Counted from the stretch's first letter, positions 1-13,856 are shown. The stretch: DNA of 64,000 nucleotides from Eledone cirrhosa (GCA_964016885.1 OZ024743.1:355260001-355324000), one strand, 5' to 3'. The notes: generated by a model from the sequence alone, not told the origin. Numbers and translations are program-made.

Positions 1-1312
1 TATATATACATTCAACAGAGAGTAGAGAGTTTGACAACAGGTCGATGACTTTAGGGTAATGACATGTGGTGGTGGGGAGAGAGTGTAGACGTTATTGTGG
101 TGGTGGGGGACAGTGCGATGTATCTAGTTCATTTGACCGTTTTCTTCTCTTTGCAAAATTTGAATTTTAGCCATGTTATATTGAGATGTAAGTAAATGTA
201 AAATGTAAAATATAAATAAGGATTGCTCTGCTAAAATATACTAAAATATTTGTGTAACTTCCACAAACTTCTGTCGTGACATTCCCGAGTCCAGTAACCA
301 ACAAATTGTTGTATTTTGATGTTTCAGAATACAAAAGTTAATTAAAAACTTACCCCACGAAAAGACAGCGTGTGTTGTCCTATCTATAAGCTCCCTCATA
401 CATATACATATATATACATAAGGGACCTATTCAGACTATCGGAGAATCGTGCCAAACTCGGTTGCCAAATTACCTTCTTAAAACGCTGCCTAAAGAACAA
501 CATCATTCCAACCACCATCAGGAATATACATCTACCCGAATGTTTACGATCACCATCCTTCGAAAACACCATCCGCCACATTCAACGCACGTTTATCAAG
601 AAAATACTACGACACAACCACCACCAACTGCCACTCCATATACAAACGCTTTCCGAGCACATAGATCGTATAGCTCCAACCCTCACCCCTGACCACCAGG
701 TCCAGGAAATACGCAAAGCTATAGATCAGTGTTACCACACCAGAGTCAAATATGATAAACAGCGCCTTATACGGAAATACTAATGGACTGTAAACAAATA
801 CTACAATGACAACATCCGCTCCCACAGACGGACCGACTACAACCACACCAGGGGCAACAGCTATACAACACCCTCCGCTACACCCCCCAACATCGATCTA
901 CCTACCAACGATGCTTCACACCTCGTTACCGACTTAACCGGTACCCTCACCAACGACGAACTCGAACTTCTGCGCCTCGGACCCAAGTTCATCATTACAC
1001 AGCGTCTCGATGATAGACTGAAACTCGACATCGAAACCAACTTCTGTCGGACAGCATATCAACTGAAATGGCTAACCGCCATCCAAAACAACACCGAGAT
1101 CGATTACAACCCCACAACCCACCCCACACTCCCCACGTATCACCTCGACAACCCACTCCACCCCCCACCCACCAACCACGAACTTGACACTAAACTACTC
1201 AGGTTGAAACATTCTATCTCTAACATCCTTTCCCAACACACACACACACAATAAACGCAACCTCACCAATGCACAATTTAATACTCTCACCAACCTAAGA
1301 TCCAGGAACCTT

Positions 1313-2992
1313 GTGTACCTTCCCTCTGACAAGGGGAAAGAATTCTGTGTCATCTCGAGAGAGACCTACAACAACTTAGCTCTCCAACATCTTAATGACC
1401 ACAGCCTCTACTCGAAAGTCACAGGGACCTCCTCGACTCTAATCGAGGAAGGCATTAACACCATATGGACTAACATCTGTGTCCAACGAAAACTGCCAAA
1501 GAAGGTAAAAAACAACATAATGACTCGAAACAGCAAATTACCCACCTTCTACCACTTGGTTAAAACACATAAACAAGGACCCGATTTGAAAATCCGGCCC
1601 ATTGTCTCTAGCGTGGAGGGCCCACTCTACAAAATATCGTGGCTGCTCTCCACACTACTGAAACCCATTCTACACACACTACCAGCCCACGTCTGCAGCT
1701 CAAAGGAGGTCTTGGAGCGACTACACCATCTGGCGCCCAACACCAGAAAGGACAACGGTTATGCCTTCAGTCTTGATGTGGTCGCCCTTTATACCTCCGT
1801 ACCAGCATCCCCAGCCGTCGACCTGTTGACCGAACGAGTCCGAGCATCTAACTTACACTGCTTCGGACTCACACACACGGACATCCACCAACTCCTCTCC
1901 TTCGTTGTGGATAATGCACTCTTCAATTTCCTCGGCCACACGTACAAACAAATCTCTGGGCTACCTATGGGCTCTAGTCTGTCCGGCATACTTGCGATCT
2001 CGTACATGGACCACCTGGAACGCAAGGCACTCAATACCTGCCAACCCAACGCCGTCGCCTTCTACTCCAGATACGTTGATGACATCCTGATACTTACTTC
2101 TTCCCGGGAGATGGCGAATGAAATTCACCAAATCTTCAACGATACTGACCATCACGTCGATTTCACCATCGAACACCCAGGAGAAGACGGGTCACTCGCC
2201 CTCCTCGACTTCCGTATCAACATCTCGGAAGAAGGAGACATAAACACCACCTTCTACCGCAAAACAGCGTGCAAGGACTTATTTGTGCATTATAACTCAG
2301 CCCTCCCCAACAACGCTAAGAGAGGCTATGTCCTAAATGAACTGACACGGATCACTAACAGATGCAGCGACCCGATGGGTGGTCTTACCCATACCACGCA
2401 ATTCCGTAATCTACTCAGATCTAATGGTTATCCCAAGCGACTGATTAACGGAATTAGAGACCCCAGACCCAATAGACAGACACCCACTAGAAACTTAAAT
2501 AAAAGCAGGTGCTTCTTCAAAATCCCCCACCTGAGTGAATATACCACGAACGCCATCCGCAGGGCCATACGGACGGAGGGACTTGACATACATTTGGCCC
2601 ACACAGGACCTTAGCTGCGAAGATGCCTCTCCAACAAACCCGACGAGTCAGATGGGACGTGTTCCCTCAGCAACTGCCCGATACGGGGGGCAGATTGCCT
2701 ACGCACCTATGTCGTATATAAGATTCAATGCGGTAAATGTAACAAGTTTTACATAGGTAGCACCATCCGACCCCTACATGTTCGTATCAAGGAACATATC
2801 AACACCAACGCATCTTCCTTCCGTAAACACATCCTTAAATGCGGAAACCCACAGGGTAGACCCTTGGTCACAGTCCTAGCGACTGAACGCAGCATCGGAT
2901 CCTTAACGATAAAAGAAGCACTTGTTATTAAGAACCTCAGACCCCCACTTAACAACCGGGCTGAGAGAAATGAGCTGACATGGCTAACTTAA
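1313..2992 (+). pseudogene. PLE reverse transcriptase + GIY-YIG endonuclease, premature stop at 2612-2614
   Basis: ORF track plus manual translation through the TAG. Confidence 0.9.
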
Positions 2993-3586
2993 TCATAGTG
3001 ACCATTCACAGCCTACGGCCTGCTATCTTCACACACACGCACGTATATGCATACCCATACGCATACACACACACATCTATATTTATACACGCACACATGT
3101 TTTTACAACCTACCACCTTTCACACCCTTTGATTTCCAGTTTCTACAGCCCACTATCTTTCACACACAAACGCACTCACACATATACACACACAGTTACA
3201 CACACATGTATACCCATACGCTTACACACACACATCTATATTTATACACGCACACATGTTTTACAACCTACCACCTTTCACACCCTTTGATTTCCAGCTT
3301 CTACAGCCCACTATCCTTCACACACACACACACTCACACATATACACACTTACACTTATACACACACAGTTACACACACATATATATTTACACACACATA
3401 TCTTACGGCTTTCACTCGCTAGCGCACCCTCTTGATTTTGGTCAGTAGCTTTTGCCACAGCCTATCACGCGCACGCGCATTCTTTCCCTCGTTTAAATTT
3501 TAAATAATTTTCTCCCCATAACGGCATTCCTGTCTTAACGACATCACAACTTTCTCCGCTTGGCCTGTTCCCCCCTTTTGGAACTT

Positions 3587-3622
3587 TCCTCCGTTGATGG
3601 GCGTGAGCCCGAAATATTGGGA
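3587..3622 (+). ncRNA. Degenerate minimal type I hammerhead ribozyme in PLE 3' UTR
   Basis: TCCT-CCGTTGA-T-GGGC-GTGA-GCCC-GAAAT-ATT-GGGA. Core differs from CTGATGA at 2 positions; palindromic AATATT stem III. Confidence 0.6.
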
Positions 3623-3769
3623 TTAAATCTCCACTACGGTAACCCTTCTACCTTTGTTTTGTTTTCATCTTTGTCTCTCTCAATTTTCACTTTCACCTGT
3701 TTTTCCTATCTATCTTTCACTTCCTACCTCGAGATTTCCCTCTGCATTGTTGTGGCTTTCTTAACTACG

Positions 3770-3895
<126 letters not shown>

Positions 3896-3954
3896 GGGCA
3901 AACAGACAGACAGATCGATGGATAGATAGATAGATAGATATCTTTCTTTATTGA

Positions 3955-4132
3955 GTTTCTATTTTGGGGACAAGGCCAGCGATTACCCCAGTGCACTACT
4001 GGTACTTTATTTTATCGACCTCGTAAGGATGAAAGGCAAAGTTAACCTCAGCGGATTTGAACTCAGAACGCAAAGGGCCATAACTATGCTGCAAAACATG
4101 GTGTCTGACGCTCTACCGATACTGCCAAACCA
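3955..4132 (-). mobile_element. tRNA-derived SINE
   Basis: Reverse complement has A box TGGCAGTATCGG, B box GAGTTCAAATC and body GCCTTTCATCCTTACG..GTCGATAAAATAAAGTACCAG; many homologous copies in the window. Confidence 0.85.
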
Positions 4133-5839
4133 TAGATAGATAGATACACCAAGGTTCTGCAATTTCCATCTATCAAATTTCCACTCAAAATGTTGTGTTT
4201 CTGTAAACTAGGTGCGATGTAGACCATAATCACAGAACAAAGTCATGAGATATGAAAATAATTATATTTGTAGGTCGGCGATTACCCGATATTGCTTAAA
4301 TGGGAAAACGCTTGTTAAATCAATAAGATGTACACCATTTATAAAATCATAGACGCGTAAGACTTAATACGTTAGTCCGTTTTATTATTTTGTATCATAT
4401 ATATATATTTCTCATTAGTCGAGTAGAATACGTAGTGAGAATTGTCACAAACTGTTTTTGTGAGAGGTGTGTGACTGGAATTTAATAGCGTTTCTAGGAT
4501 TTAAGGAAAGCAACTTGACCAAGATTAACTTTTCTCTGAAGAGGAGATTTTTCAGATCTCTTCTCATCCCATCCTCATAACTGGGGATTAGGGAGGGGTC
4601 ATGGACTTATGGACCAGCACTCACCATTTTTTCCTGCCATTGCCGTACATTCCGCCAAACTCCTTCCTTCCGATTCCTTCAGACAGACAACATTAAAAGT
4701 GGACAGGCAAATCCTCTGTGGAAACTCGCGACAGATGCAGACAGCTGGTGCACAGCATGTCACAACGATCCTCACAAGGAAAATGGCTTCCTACGATACG
4801 AATGTGATATCGAAACTGAAACAATTCCACTGTAGAAATGTCATGATAGTCATAGAATGTTATTTTAACTTTTGTTTCATCTCTAATAGTATTGATCGAT
4901 CATCCTATACATACACCTAATATTCAAGCTTCCTTCATTATAATTGTTTTTTCTATGCATTTTTGTAATACGATATATTGATAACTCTGATTACAACTTC
5001 AACATCCATTATTAGAAGTTTCAATATATGCATTTTATTTCTAAATACACTAAAGTGTAGTTAAAAAAGTAATAATGATAATAATAAAATAGATAAATAA
5101 ATAAATAACATGGCTAAAGTTTGTATGCGTCTTTTTCTCTCGCCATTTATCGGCTTTTTAATTGCGCTATTCAGTTACAACGAACACCTCACATATCTTA
5201 ATGAAAACATCTTCATAAACCTCGGGATAGTTATCATATAAAACATCGAATCGAGATGTAATACTATGCTATGCAGTATGTTAGTAGAAGGTAAAACTGT
5301 TAAGTAACTGGCGAATTCTATAAATCTGCAGAAAATCTCCAAGAGGTTAAAAACTACAGTTGAAAAAATGCAGATAAATATTCATATAGCTAATGCTAGA
5401 AAGATATAAGTCTGTATATTGCTTTGAGGAATAGATACCCAAGGTTCTAAAATAAAGTCAAAATCATTCCTAAATAGAGGTATCTTCTTAAAAAGACAGG
5501 ATTTATCAGTTTCAGTCAGAAACCTCTCAATCATAATCCTTGACTTATTGTTCATAATGAAGCTGTTTATTGATGGCAAATGGCAATTCAGTTGGCTTCA
5601 GATATATTTTGAGAATGAAGCAACTATCTTGAGCAAATTTCTTGGACATGAACTATCATATGTTTGATAGTGATTTCTGAACCTAGAGGGTGTTTTGAGG
5701 GAGATTTGGTTGTTAATTCTATTAGATTTAGCTACAACGTAGATGCTCCTTCGTTAGCTCACATACACTCAGACTCACATGCAAGAACATACACATGCAT
5801 AAATACATACATACATACATACATACATACATACATACA

Positions 5840-6096
5840 TGGTGGTTGCCAACTCGTTTTCGAGTACGGCCACTACTTTAAATCCATGTAGGAGAACCCC
5901 TACCGATGCGCTGAACGAGTGTGACTTTTTAGTCCAGCCAGCGACTTGAAAACTCTGGTACAAACACTACACTTGTGACAATTATTGATACATAGTGCTG
6001 GGCCCATGGTACCATGTGTCGACAAGTGCAGAGAGATCTCCAGATATAAAGCAATGCCTGTGCCGTGAAGCTTTTATAGTGGGCAAAGGCACTGCA
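5840..6096 (-). mobile_element. RTE-like LINE 3' end with (TATG)n tail
   Basis: Reverse-complement homolog of 9075-9326; followed by (TACA)n at 5803-5839. Confidence 0.7.
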
Positions 6097-6659
6097 TATA
6101 CATAGGATAGTAATTTGTGGTTTCAGGGAGATTTGGCTGTTATTTCCATCAGATATATATAATATGTAAACGTTTTCCCGTTGGCTCCTTGATACATCGA
6201 TATATACATATGAGAGAAGAAATATATCTGTATGTATGTGCGAATACGTGTGTCTGTGCGTGAGTACGCCTAAATATATTCAATTTATTTTCAAGTCTTA
6301 CTTATTTAATCGAAATAATTTCTTTTAAAGAGCATAAATTTATATTACTGGTTCTTAAGAGTGATACTCGTGAAGACACACACACACACACAGACACACA
6401 CCACACACAAACACACACCATACACAGACACACACCACACACAAACACACACCACACACGCACGCGCATGTACAGTACATGTATACAATGGATCTCCATC
6501 AGTTTTTCTACTTGTAGATTCCACCCAAGGTTATAGTAAAGGAACATTGCCGAAGGTGTTGGGCAACGGAACTGGATATTAATCGGCGTGGTTGTGTCGT
6601 AAATTCCTTAACTAAACAGATATGCTTTGGTCTATGTACGTATGTATCTATGTATGTAC

Positions 6660-8027
6660 GTTCTTCTGGTTTTATAATTTCACAATTTTTTACCAATAGA
6701 GAGAGAGTCGGTTTCTAACATAGACACAAGACTCTCTCATTGGAATTTACACATCAACTAGGTAGATTATGTATGCATGCATGCATGTGTAGATATGGAT
6801 GTTATTGTATGTGTAGATGTGTATGTTTTGAGTTGTATGTGTGCATGTGTATATGTAGTTTATTAGATGCAACGTTTTTGGAATGTTTTACATATTTTTA
6901 CTGTTCCATTAATGGATTGTACTTGTAATTTCCTAACTAGTTCTTTCTGTTTCTGTGAAGCCCAGCTTCTCAAGCTTTGTATTGAGGCAGTTACTAACAT
7001 ATCCCCACTGTCCCAATAATCACAGGCATAAATCTGAAGGTGTAATCAGAGTGGAGTATCTGCAGATTTCTCATCAGTTCTGCATAAATATTCTCCTTTT
7101 CGCTAATCTTTGATATTATATTGGCATCTGCTGGTCAGCTAACTTCTACTACTGTGCATGCTTTTTCTTCCCTGTCCCATATCATAATATCTGGTCTGTT
7201 ATGCTTGCATTTTATTGGTGTTTTTACTGGAACATTCCACCAGTACTCTTTCATATTATGTATATGATGTCTTCCACATTGCTGTAGCTTTTAATGTGTT
7301 TATTATCGGGGCTATCTTTTCTACGGATTGCATTGTACAGTGTTTTGGCTACATCATGCCTCATATGTAGATAGTATCGCGATGACATCTTTGGACAGCT
7401 GCTGATGACATGGGTGACATCTTCGATGTTAATTCTGCAGAGTCTGCACTTGCTATCACATCTAGGTGTTTTGCCTGCATCTCTATCTCTTTTGTGAATC
7501 AAGTATTTCGTGTTAATTTCCTGTTCTTGGATTGCAAAAGCGTATCCTTCAAAGTGAGAGCCAATATAGCGGTTGTTGGTCCAAGATAGACTACTTTCCT
7601 TATCTATATTACTCTCACTCTGGAGCTTCCTGGCAACATATCCATGCATGATTTTTTGCTGATAAGCATGTAGTTTTTCATGGATTCACTGCGATACTGC
7701 TGAGCGACTTCCTTGGGTGTGAGTTTTTGAATATCACATAGGGAATATCTCTCGACGAGTTCCTTCCCAACTCTCATGATCTTATCTGTCTCATGCAGAT
7801 AGACTTGTTCGGGAGCCGGGCTCCTACGCTTCGAGGTTCGTAGATGTTGTCGGAGGGATATGATGCGACATTCAAATGCTGTCTGGACTGACGTTAGGCC
7901 TCTGCCTCCCTGCTTACGTTTCAAGTAAAGGCGGTCTATGTCACTGTTGATGTGGTAGTTTCCGGTGTTGTTTAGTATTTTTCGAGTTCTAACATTAACT
8001 GCTAGGATTTCGTCTATCGTCCAATTT
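6660..8027 (-). mobile_element. R4/Dong-like non-LTR retrotransposon, 5'-truncated (RT thumb, CCHC knuckle, restriction-like endonuclease, 3' UTR)
   Basis: RLYLKRKQGGRGL; AIQEQEINT; CRLC..EDVTHVISSC..RHD; downstream EYWWN..HNRPDI..VE (PD-D/ExK endonuclease). Both ends abut TATG repeats. Confidence 0.88.
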
Positions 8028-8086
8028 ATGTATGTATGTATGTATGTATGTATGTATGTATGTATGTATGTATGTATGTATGTATG

Positions 8087-8570
8087 TTTTCTCTTTCTCT
8101 TAATTTCGAGTATATTTTTTTGACCGGCCACCTTCCTGGTGGCAAGGTTATAAAAGAAAAGAAATTGTCATCCCTTGAATCGCAAGAATGTTTTGCAAAT
8201 TTTGAAGGTGCCAGCTATCGCAGCCATTTGTAGACTATGAATTAGGGAGCTACGCTTTTTGTCCGCAAATCCAAGTTTAGTCATACTTTGGGCCAAGCGG
8301 GTTGGTATATAAGCTAGCTCCAATAATGATGGGTATGAAGCTAAAGGTGTATCTTGGATACTGGATTTGTAAACTCCTCATCAATGGTCCGTAGATGTCC
8401 TCCTTCTCCTGTATTTTTCTGACAACGTTTACATCAAGTGGGCAACTGATCTCCACAACAGAACACGTTTTCAATGTGTGGTCCCAAACAACAATATCAG
8501 GCCGGTTGTGCTTTAATTTGGTGGCAGTTTTTATTTTCAGGTTCCACCAGTATTCCTTAGTGCCATCTGT
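8087..8570 (-). mobile_element. Second R4/Dong-like family, 3' fragment (RLE endonuclease)
   Basis: EYWWNLKIKTATKLKHNRPDIVVWD..VVEISCP..KEDIY..PIIIGA; flanked on both sides by (TATG)n. Confidence 0.85.
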
Positions 8571-8619
8571 GTATGTATGTATGTATGTATGTATGTATGT
8601 ATGTATGTATGTATGTATG

Positions 8620-8653
<34 letters not shown>

Positions 8654-8660
8654 TGTATGT

Positions 8661-8866
8661 ATCTGGAGATCTCTCTGCACTTGTCGTCACATGGTACCAT
8701 GGGCCCAGCACTATGTGTCAATAATGGTCACAGGTGTAGTGTTTGTACCAGAGTTTTCAAGTCGCTGGCTGGACTAAAAAGTCACATTCGTTCAGCGCTT
8801 CGGTAGGGGTTCTCCTACATTGATATAAAGTAGTGGCCGTACTCGAAAACGAGTTGGCAGCCACCA
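8661..8866 (+). mobile_element. RTE-like LINE 3' end (C2H2-like finger) with (TATG)n tail
   Basis: Encodes CSVCTRVFKSLAGLKSHIRS*; 3' UTR TGGCCGTACTCGAAAACGAGTTGGCAGCCACCA; three copies in the window. Confidence 0.7.
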
Positions 8867-8911
8867 TGTATGTATGTATGTATGTATGTATGTATGTATG
8901 TATGTATGAAT

Positions 8912-9326
8912 GTTACGGGAGAGATGACCCCTTAGCCTTTGTCAAGGCAGAATTCTAGGAGAAGGAAAACTCTGATATAACACCTGCAACCCTGATGGTA
9001 TCCAATGATGTTGAATTGTTCTTCTTTTTGGTAAATATCATCTTGGTTAAGAGAGTGGGACTGGCTTTGTGCAGTGCCTTTGCTCACTATAAAAGCTTCA
9101 CAGCACAGGCATTGCTTTATATCTGGAGATCTCTCTGCACTTGTCGTCACATGGTACCATGGGTCCAGCACTATGTGTCAATAATTGTCACAAGTGTAGT
9201 GTTTGTACCAGAGTTTTCAAGTCGCTGGCTGGACTAAAAAGTCACACTCGTTCAGCGCATTGGTAGGGGTTCTCCTACATGGATATAAAGTAGTGGCCGT
9301 ACTCGAAAACGAGTTGGCAGCGACCA
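8912..9326 (+). mobile_element. RTE-like LINE 3' end, longer copy
   Basis: Near-identical to 8661-8866 over its 3' ~200 bp; TATG tail 9327-9371. Confidence 0.7.
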
Positions 9327-9371
9327 TGTATGAATGTATGTATGTATGCATATCCGTATGTATGTATGTAT

Positions 9372-9936
9372 GTTCTTTTGGTTTTATAATTTTATATTTT
9401 TTTTACAAATAGAGAGAGAGTCGGTTTCTAACATAAATATAAAACTCTCTTATTGGAATTTACACATCAAGTAGGTAGATATGTATACATGTCTGCATGC
9501 ATGCATGTGTGTGCTGGTATAGATGTTATTGTATGTGTGGATGTGTATGTTTTGAGTTATACATGTGCATGTTCATATGGTTTGCATCTGTACATGTATA
9601 CACACAGTTATTAGATGTAGAATCTTTGGAATGTTTTACATATTTTTACTGTTCCATTAATGGATTGTACTTGTAAATTCCTAACTAGTCGTGTTCTTTC
9701 TCTTTCTGAAGGTATAGTCAGGGTGGAGTATCTGCAGATTTCTCATTAGTTTTGGATAAATATACTCCTTTACGCTAATTTTTAATATTATATTGGTATC
9801 CGCTGGGCAGCTAACTTCCACTACTGTGCATGCCATCTTTTACCTGTCCCATATCATTATATCTGGTCTATTATGCCTGCATTTTATTAGGGTTTTTACT
9901 GGAACATTCCATTAGTACTTTTTCATATTATGTATA
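9372..9936 (-). mobile_element. R4/Dong-like 3' fragment (paralog of 6660-7263)
   Basis: Clear alignment to 6660-7263; interrupted at 9937 by another element. A further 3' UTR remnant lies at ~28580-28800. Confidence 0.8.
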
Positions 9937-10285
9937 CTAGCTGACGTACTCAGCTTCGCCCGGGTAAACATATGATAAAAGAAGACAGGTAAAAGAGAAA
10001 ATGACTGTATAGGATGTTTGTCTGGTTACAGTATGAGGCGAGTCCGTGGTGTCTGTGTGATAGAAAAAACAGTAAAAAAAATCTTCCAGATATACCAGAT
10101 TCTTCGTTGTACCGTTTGTGCATAGTATATGAACAATACTAGGTGCTCCAGCCTAGAATAGGAGATGGTTCATCTTCAGTCTGATTTTAAAACGTCTATC
10201 ATTGCATAGACGTGGTTGTTCCACGTTTCTCAAAAGGATAATGGAAGTTCCAATCTTTTATATTATATGTAGATATAGATATAGA
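9937..10285 (-). mobile_element. Probable non-autonomous Helitron
   Basis: Minus strand starts TC(TATATC..) and ends in a GC-rich subterminal imperfect hairpin (CCCGGGCGAAGCTGAG) followed by CTAG|T. Comparison with the uninterrupted paralog (TTATGTATA|TGATG, ~7256-7269) places the break at an A|T site. Confidence 0.55.
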
Positions 10286-10554
10286 TAATTAATATAAAAG
10301 ATGTCCGTCAATGTAAAAAAGGTCCCTATTTACTTTAAATGGTTTATACAAATGCCAAATTAATATGACACAAACAACAAATTATATTACACAAAAATTT
10401 ATTCAGTAATTTCCAGGATCTTAGCCACTGAGTAATAGACAGTCAATGTTGCCCAGAGTTCAACTCGTGGAGGTGGCCTGGTTAGAACTCCATATGGCGG
10501 ATCCTTCTACTTCGAAAATAGAATCGTTTTTCAATATTACTCTAGCCCTGGCCG

Positions 10555-13330
10555 CAGTGGCGGATTTAAGGAATAGGGCCCAGTCGGCATTGGTCAGTAA
10601 GGAGGCCCCAGAGTGAAAATTAAAGTACCTTCTTTTCGAGCGAGTATTGAAAAAGTTTTTTTTTTAATTTCCCATTTAGCTACCAATAATCATTAAGAAG
10701 ACAATTAAATTACAAGTACACTTTATTTGAAACAAACAAACAGATGTGCTGTACTGTAAACAAATAATAAAGTAATAAAGTTGTATATATGTTAGTCTTT
10801 TACACAAATTGCTTTTACATGCGCAGACCTCTGCGAGCTTTAACAGTTGAAAAATGAGTTATAGCGTGGTCCAAGTTTACTGATTTAGTAATTTTGTTTT
10901 CAATTGCCAGCAGGGCAAGACTGGATAGCCTCTCCTGGCCCATCGTTGAACGAAGATAATTTTTAATTCTTCGTAGAACACTGAAAGAGCGTTCCGCACT
11001 TGCTATGCCAATTGGTAAAGTGAGAAATAGCCTTACCAGAATTTCAAACTCGGGAAAGACATCACACAAGTATAAATAACATTTCAGATATGGCATAACC
11101 CCACTTTGTTTTAAAGCTGCGTTTGGCTGTGAAAAGTAGAGGCCAATGAAAGAAAAGAGTGTGAATTCATTTGGAAAGTTATCTACCAATGTTGCTACAT
11201 GTGTTTTTAGTTCATCATCTGAGCATTTAGACAGTCGATTTGGACTCAAAGATCCAAAGATTGAAGATATTTTTTTATTCCTTCAGTTCGGGCTCTCATC
11301 TCCCCAATCATACTATCCAGTGATTGAAAATAAATTGCAGTGCGATATCTATCTGAAGCAGTAGCTAGTCTTTCAACACCACAAACTTCACCATCCATAA
11401 TCTTTCTTCTCCTTACTCGCGTTATTTTAAAATCAGCTTCAGATGCATCAAATCCCACGTCATTCCAGGCTTTCTTTGCCTGGTCCACAAATTGTTCAAA
11501 TTTGTGATCGCATCTGAGTTCTTCCAATTTATCTGTTGAACGTTCAAAGCACTCAGTCACAAGGAATAAATCATTTGCCATATCAAGAAGTTGACTCCAG
11601 CGTCTATTTGAACTAACAAAGAAAGCATAGATAGATTGAATGTTATCAAAGAAGCATTTAATTTCAACAAGAGGTGGAGGAGTATCACTTTGAGCTGCAT
11701 GTTCAAGAACTAGATTGAGTTGGTGGGGAGGACAGTGAACATATGGAACAAAAGTATTTCCGTCCAGTGCCATATTCTTTTTTAGTAAAGCTTGAACACC
11801 ACCTAATGCCCCACTCATCACAGATGCTCCATCATATGCCTGTCCTTTAAGATGTTTGCGCTGCAAGCCAAATTCTTCAAACAATGCCTTTTCAATGACA
11901 CTGGTAATACCAATTGCACTAGCATCAAGGACATGATAATATCCAACAAAGTGTTCTACAATTTCCACTGATTTTTCAAGTCTGTCAATTTTTATAAATC
12001 TCAATAGCACCGCCATTTGGTCCTTATGACTTATATCAGTTGTAGAATCAGCAATCACAGTGAAAAATTTGGCTTCCTTGCAAAGATCAACAATTTTGTC
12101 AAGTGTCATTTTTGAAAGAATCTGGACTTGTTCCTCAAAGATAGTTTTGCTCAGATATTTGAGTTGTCCCTTGTCCTCAAAATGTTGTTTAAGAATAGGA
12201 TCGATTGTGCTTATGTGCCTTAATATTGATAAGTACACACCTGGATTATCAGCATCCAAGAATTCTCTATGACCTCTTAGTGGCAATCCTAGACATGTAA
12301 GTTCCCGTAAAAGTCCGAACTGATGATTAAGAACATATTTCCATTTTTGAACTTCTGCATCCATTTGTTTTTTCACTGAAACTCCAATGGACATATTCTT
12401 GGCGAACTGTTTATAGGCATATACTGCTCTGTGATGAATTTTTGATTGAAAGTGTTTTTCAATGCTTTTGGAAATGTGCTTCCAATCATTCATACTCTTT
12501 GACCATGGCGAGTTTTTGGCCTCTTCATCACCAAATAACCAGCAATGATGGCAGTAACAATAATTACCTTTGTATGAATAAGCTAGCCAGTATCTGTGTA
12601 CTCGTTCTTCAAGGGGTTTTTTTAAATTATAGTAACTGCTCTTGAATTTTCTAGAATGGATAATGGGATAGTCTCCTGTAGGCATATCATTTTCCAAAGG
12701 TTGACAAGCACCCCTTTCAACTAAAATGTTCAAGTAATCTTTCACTTTATTCTTTCCTGTGTCAAATCGTGCTTTGTCATTTAAAAATGGCATTGAAGCC
12801 TGACTAATTTCAGAAAGTTCATTTTCAACTTCAGAAAGACTTATATTTTCTACAGCAGGTTCAGTCACTTGAGAAGGAAGCACAGGTTCAGCCACTTCAG
12901 GAATAGTTTCAGCTTCACCTGTAGATATTGTAGGAATATTTTCTTCTGCAACATCCTCAATATCTGCACTATGGGGCGCAGAAAAAGCCAATAATCTTTG
13001 ATTTTTTGCTTTGCCTGCTGATTCCAAATCCTTTTTTCTTTTGAGTGCACGCTTCTCAGCACCTGATGAAAACTTCTTCTTAACATTGTGAGTCAGTCTA
13101 CAAACAAAATATAAACTAGGCATAGGAAATAATAAAAGGGACTTACCAATTATTTGTTGCTTACACAATTTTAATGCTTTAATATTTTTAAACTGTGGCC
13201 CAATAAAACAACGGCGATATCCAAAAATACCTCCCCCATGCCTAGGGCTAAATAACTTCGCTGTTCGCTGCTGATATGAGGCTAAATAACTTCGCTGCTG
13301 GCTGCTGGCTGCTGAAATGAGGCTATTCCA
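10555..13330 (-). mobile_element. hAT DNA transposon (Tip100/ZMYM1-like), one terminal repeat visible
   Basis: Terminus CAGTGGCGGATTTAAGG at 10555; transposase ORFs 11246-13168 and 10815-11249. The matching right TIR was not found, so the right boundary is approximate. Confidence 0.85.
10815..13086 (-). pseudogene. hAT transposase (TTF-type Zn finger, DUF4371-like core, C-terminal dimerisation domain), frameshifted
   Basis: WLAYS..YCHHCWLF, LRGHRE, ADSTTDISHKDQ, GQAYDGASVMSG, YVHCPPHQLNL, ASAERSFSVLRRIKNYLRSTMGQERLSSLALLAIE; frameshift at ~11250. Confidence 0.92.
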
Positions 13331-13594
13331 ACAAATTTACATTCCCTTTTTTTTAGCCGTTAAAAGAAATATAGATTTATTTATTTATTTGAAACGTTTT
13401 TGTTAGTTTCATTGTTTTGTTTTTTTGGCGATATTTTTGTTAGTTTCTTTGCTTTTTTTTAGTTTCTTTTTTTGGGCGTTTTTTGCCAGGTTTTTTTTTA
13501 TAGATATATTTATTTATTTTTAACGTTTTTGTTAGTTTTTGTTTTGTCTTTATGTCACAAAGATTGCTCTCCGACGCTCTACCGATAATAGTAA

Positions 13595-13688
<94 letters not shown>

Positions 13689-13712
13689 AGAGAGAGTGAG
13701 AGAGAGAGAGAG

Positions 13713-13749
<37 letters not shown>

Positions 13750-13856
13750 GATAGATAGAGAGAAGATACATACATTGATACATACATAGATAGGTAGATA
13801 GATACATATATATACATATATATATTTATATATATAAAAACACTCACACACACGCG

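Noticed and set aside
2612-2614. Programmed read-through between RT and GIY-YIG
   Set aside because: The same element has other stops and frameshifts (781-783, ~1250), so a simple nonsense mutation is more parsimonious.
4580-4800. Additional RTE C-terminal remnant (minus strand); similar faint remnants at ~50770-50915 and ~62290-62370
   Set aside because: Only weak, broken motif similarity; boundaries cannot be supported by eye.
5330-5660. Possible host exon or membrane-protein fragment on the minus strand
   Set aside because: No recognisable motif, interrupted by stops, and no convincing splice signals.
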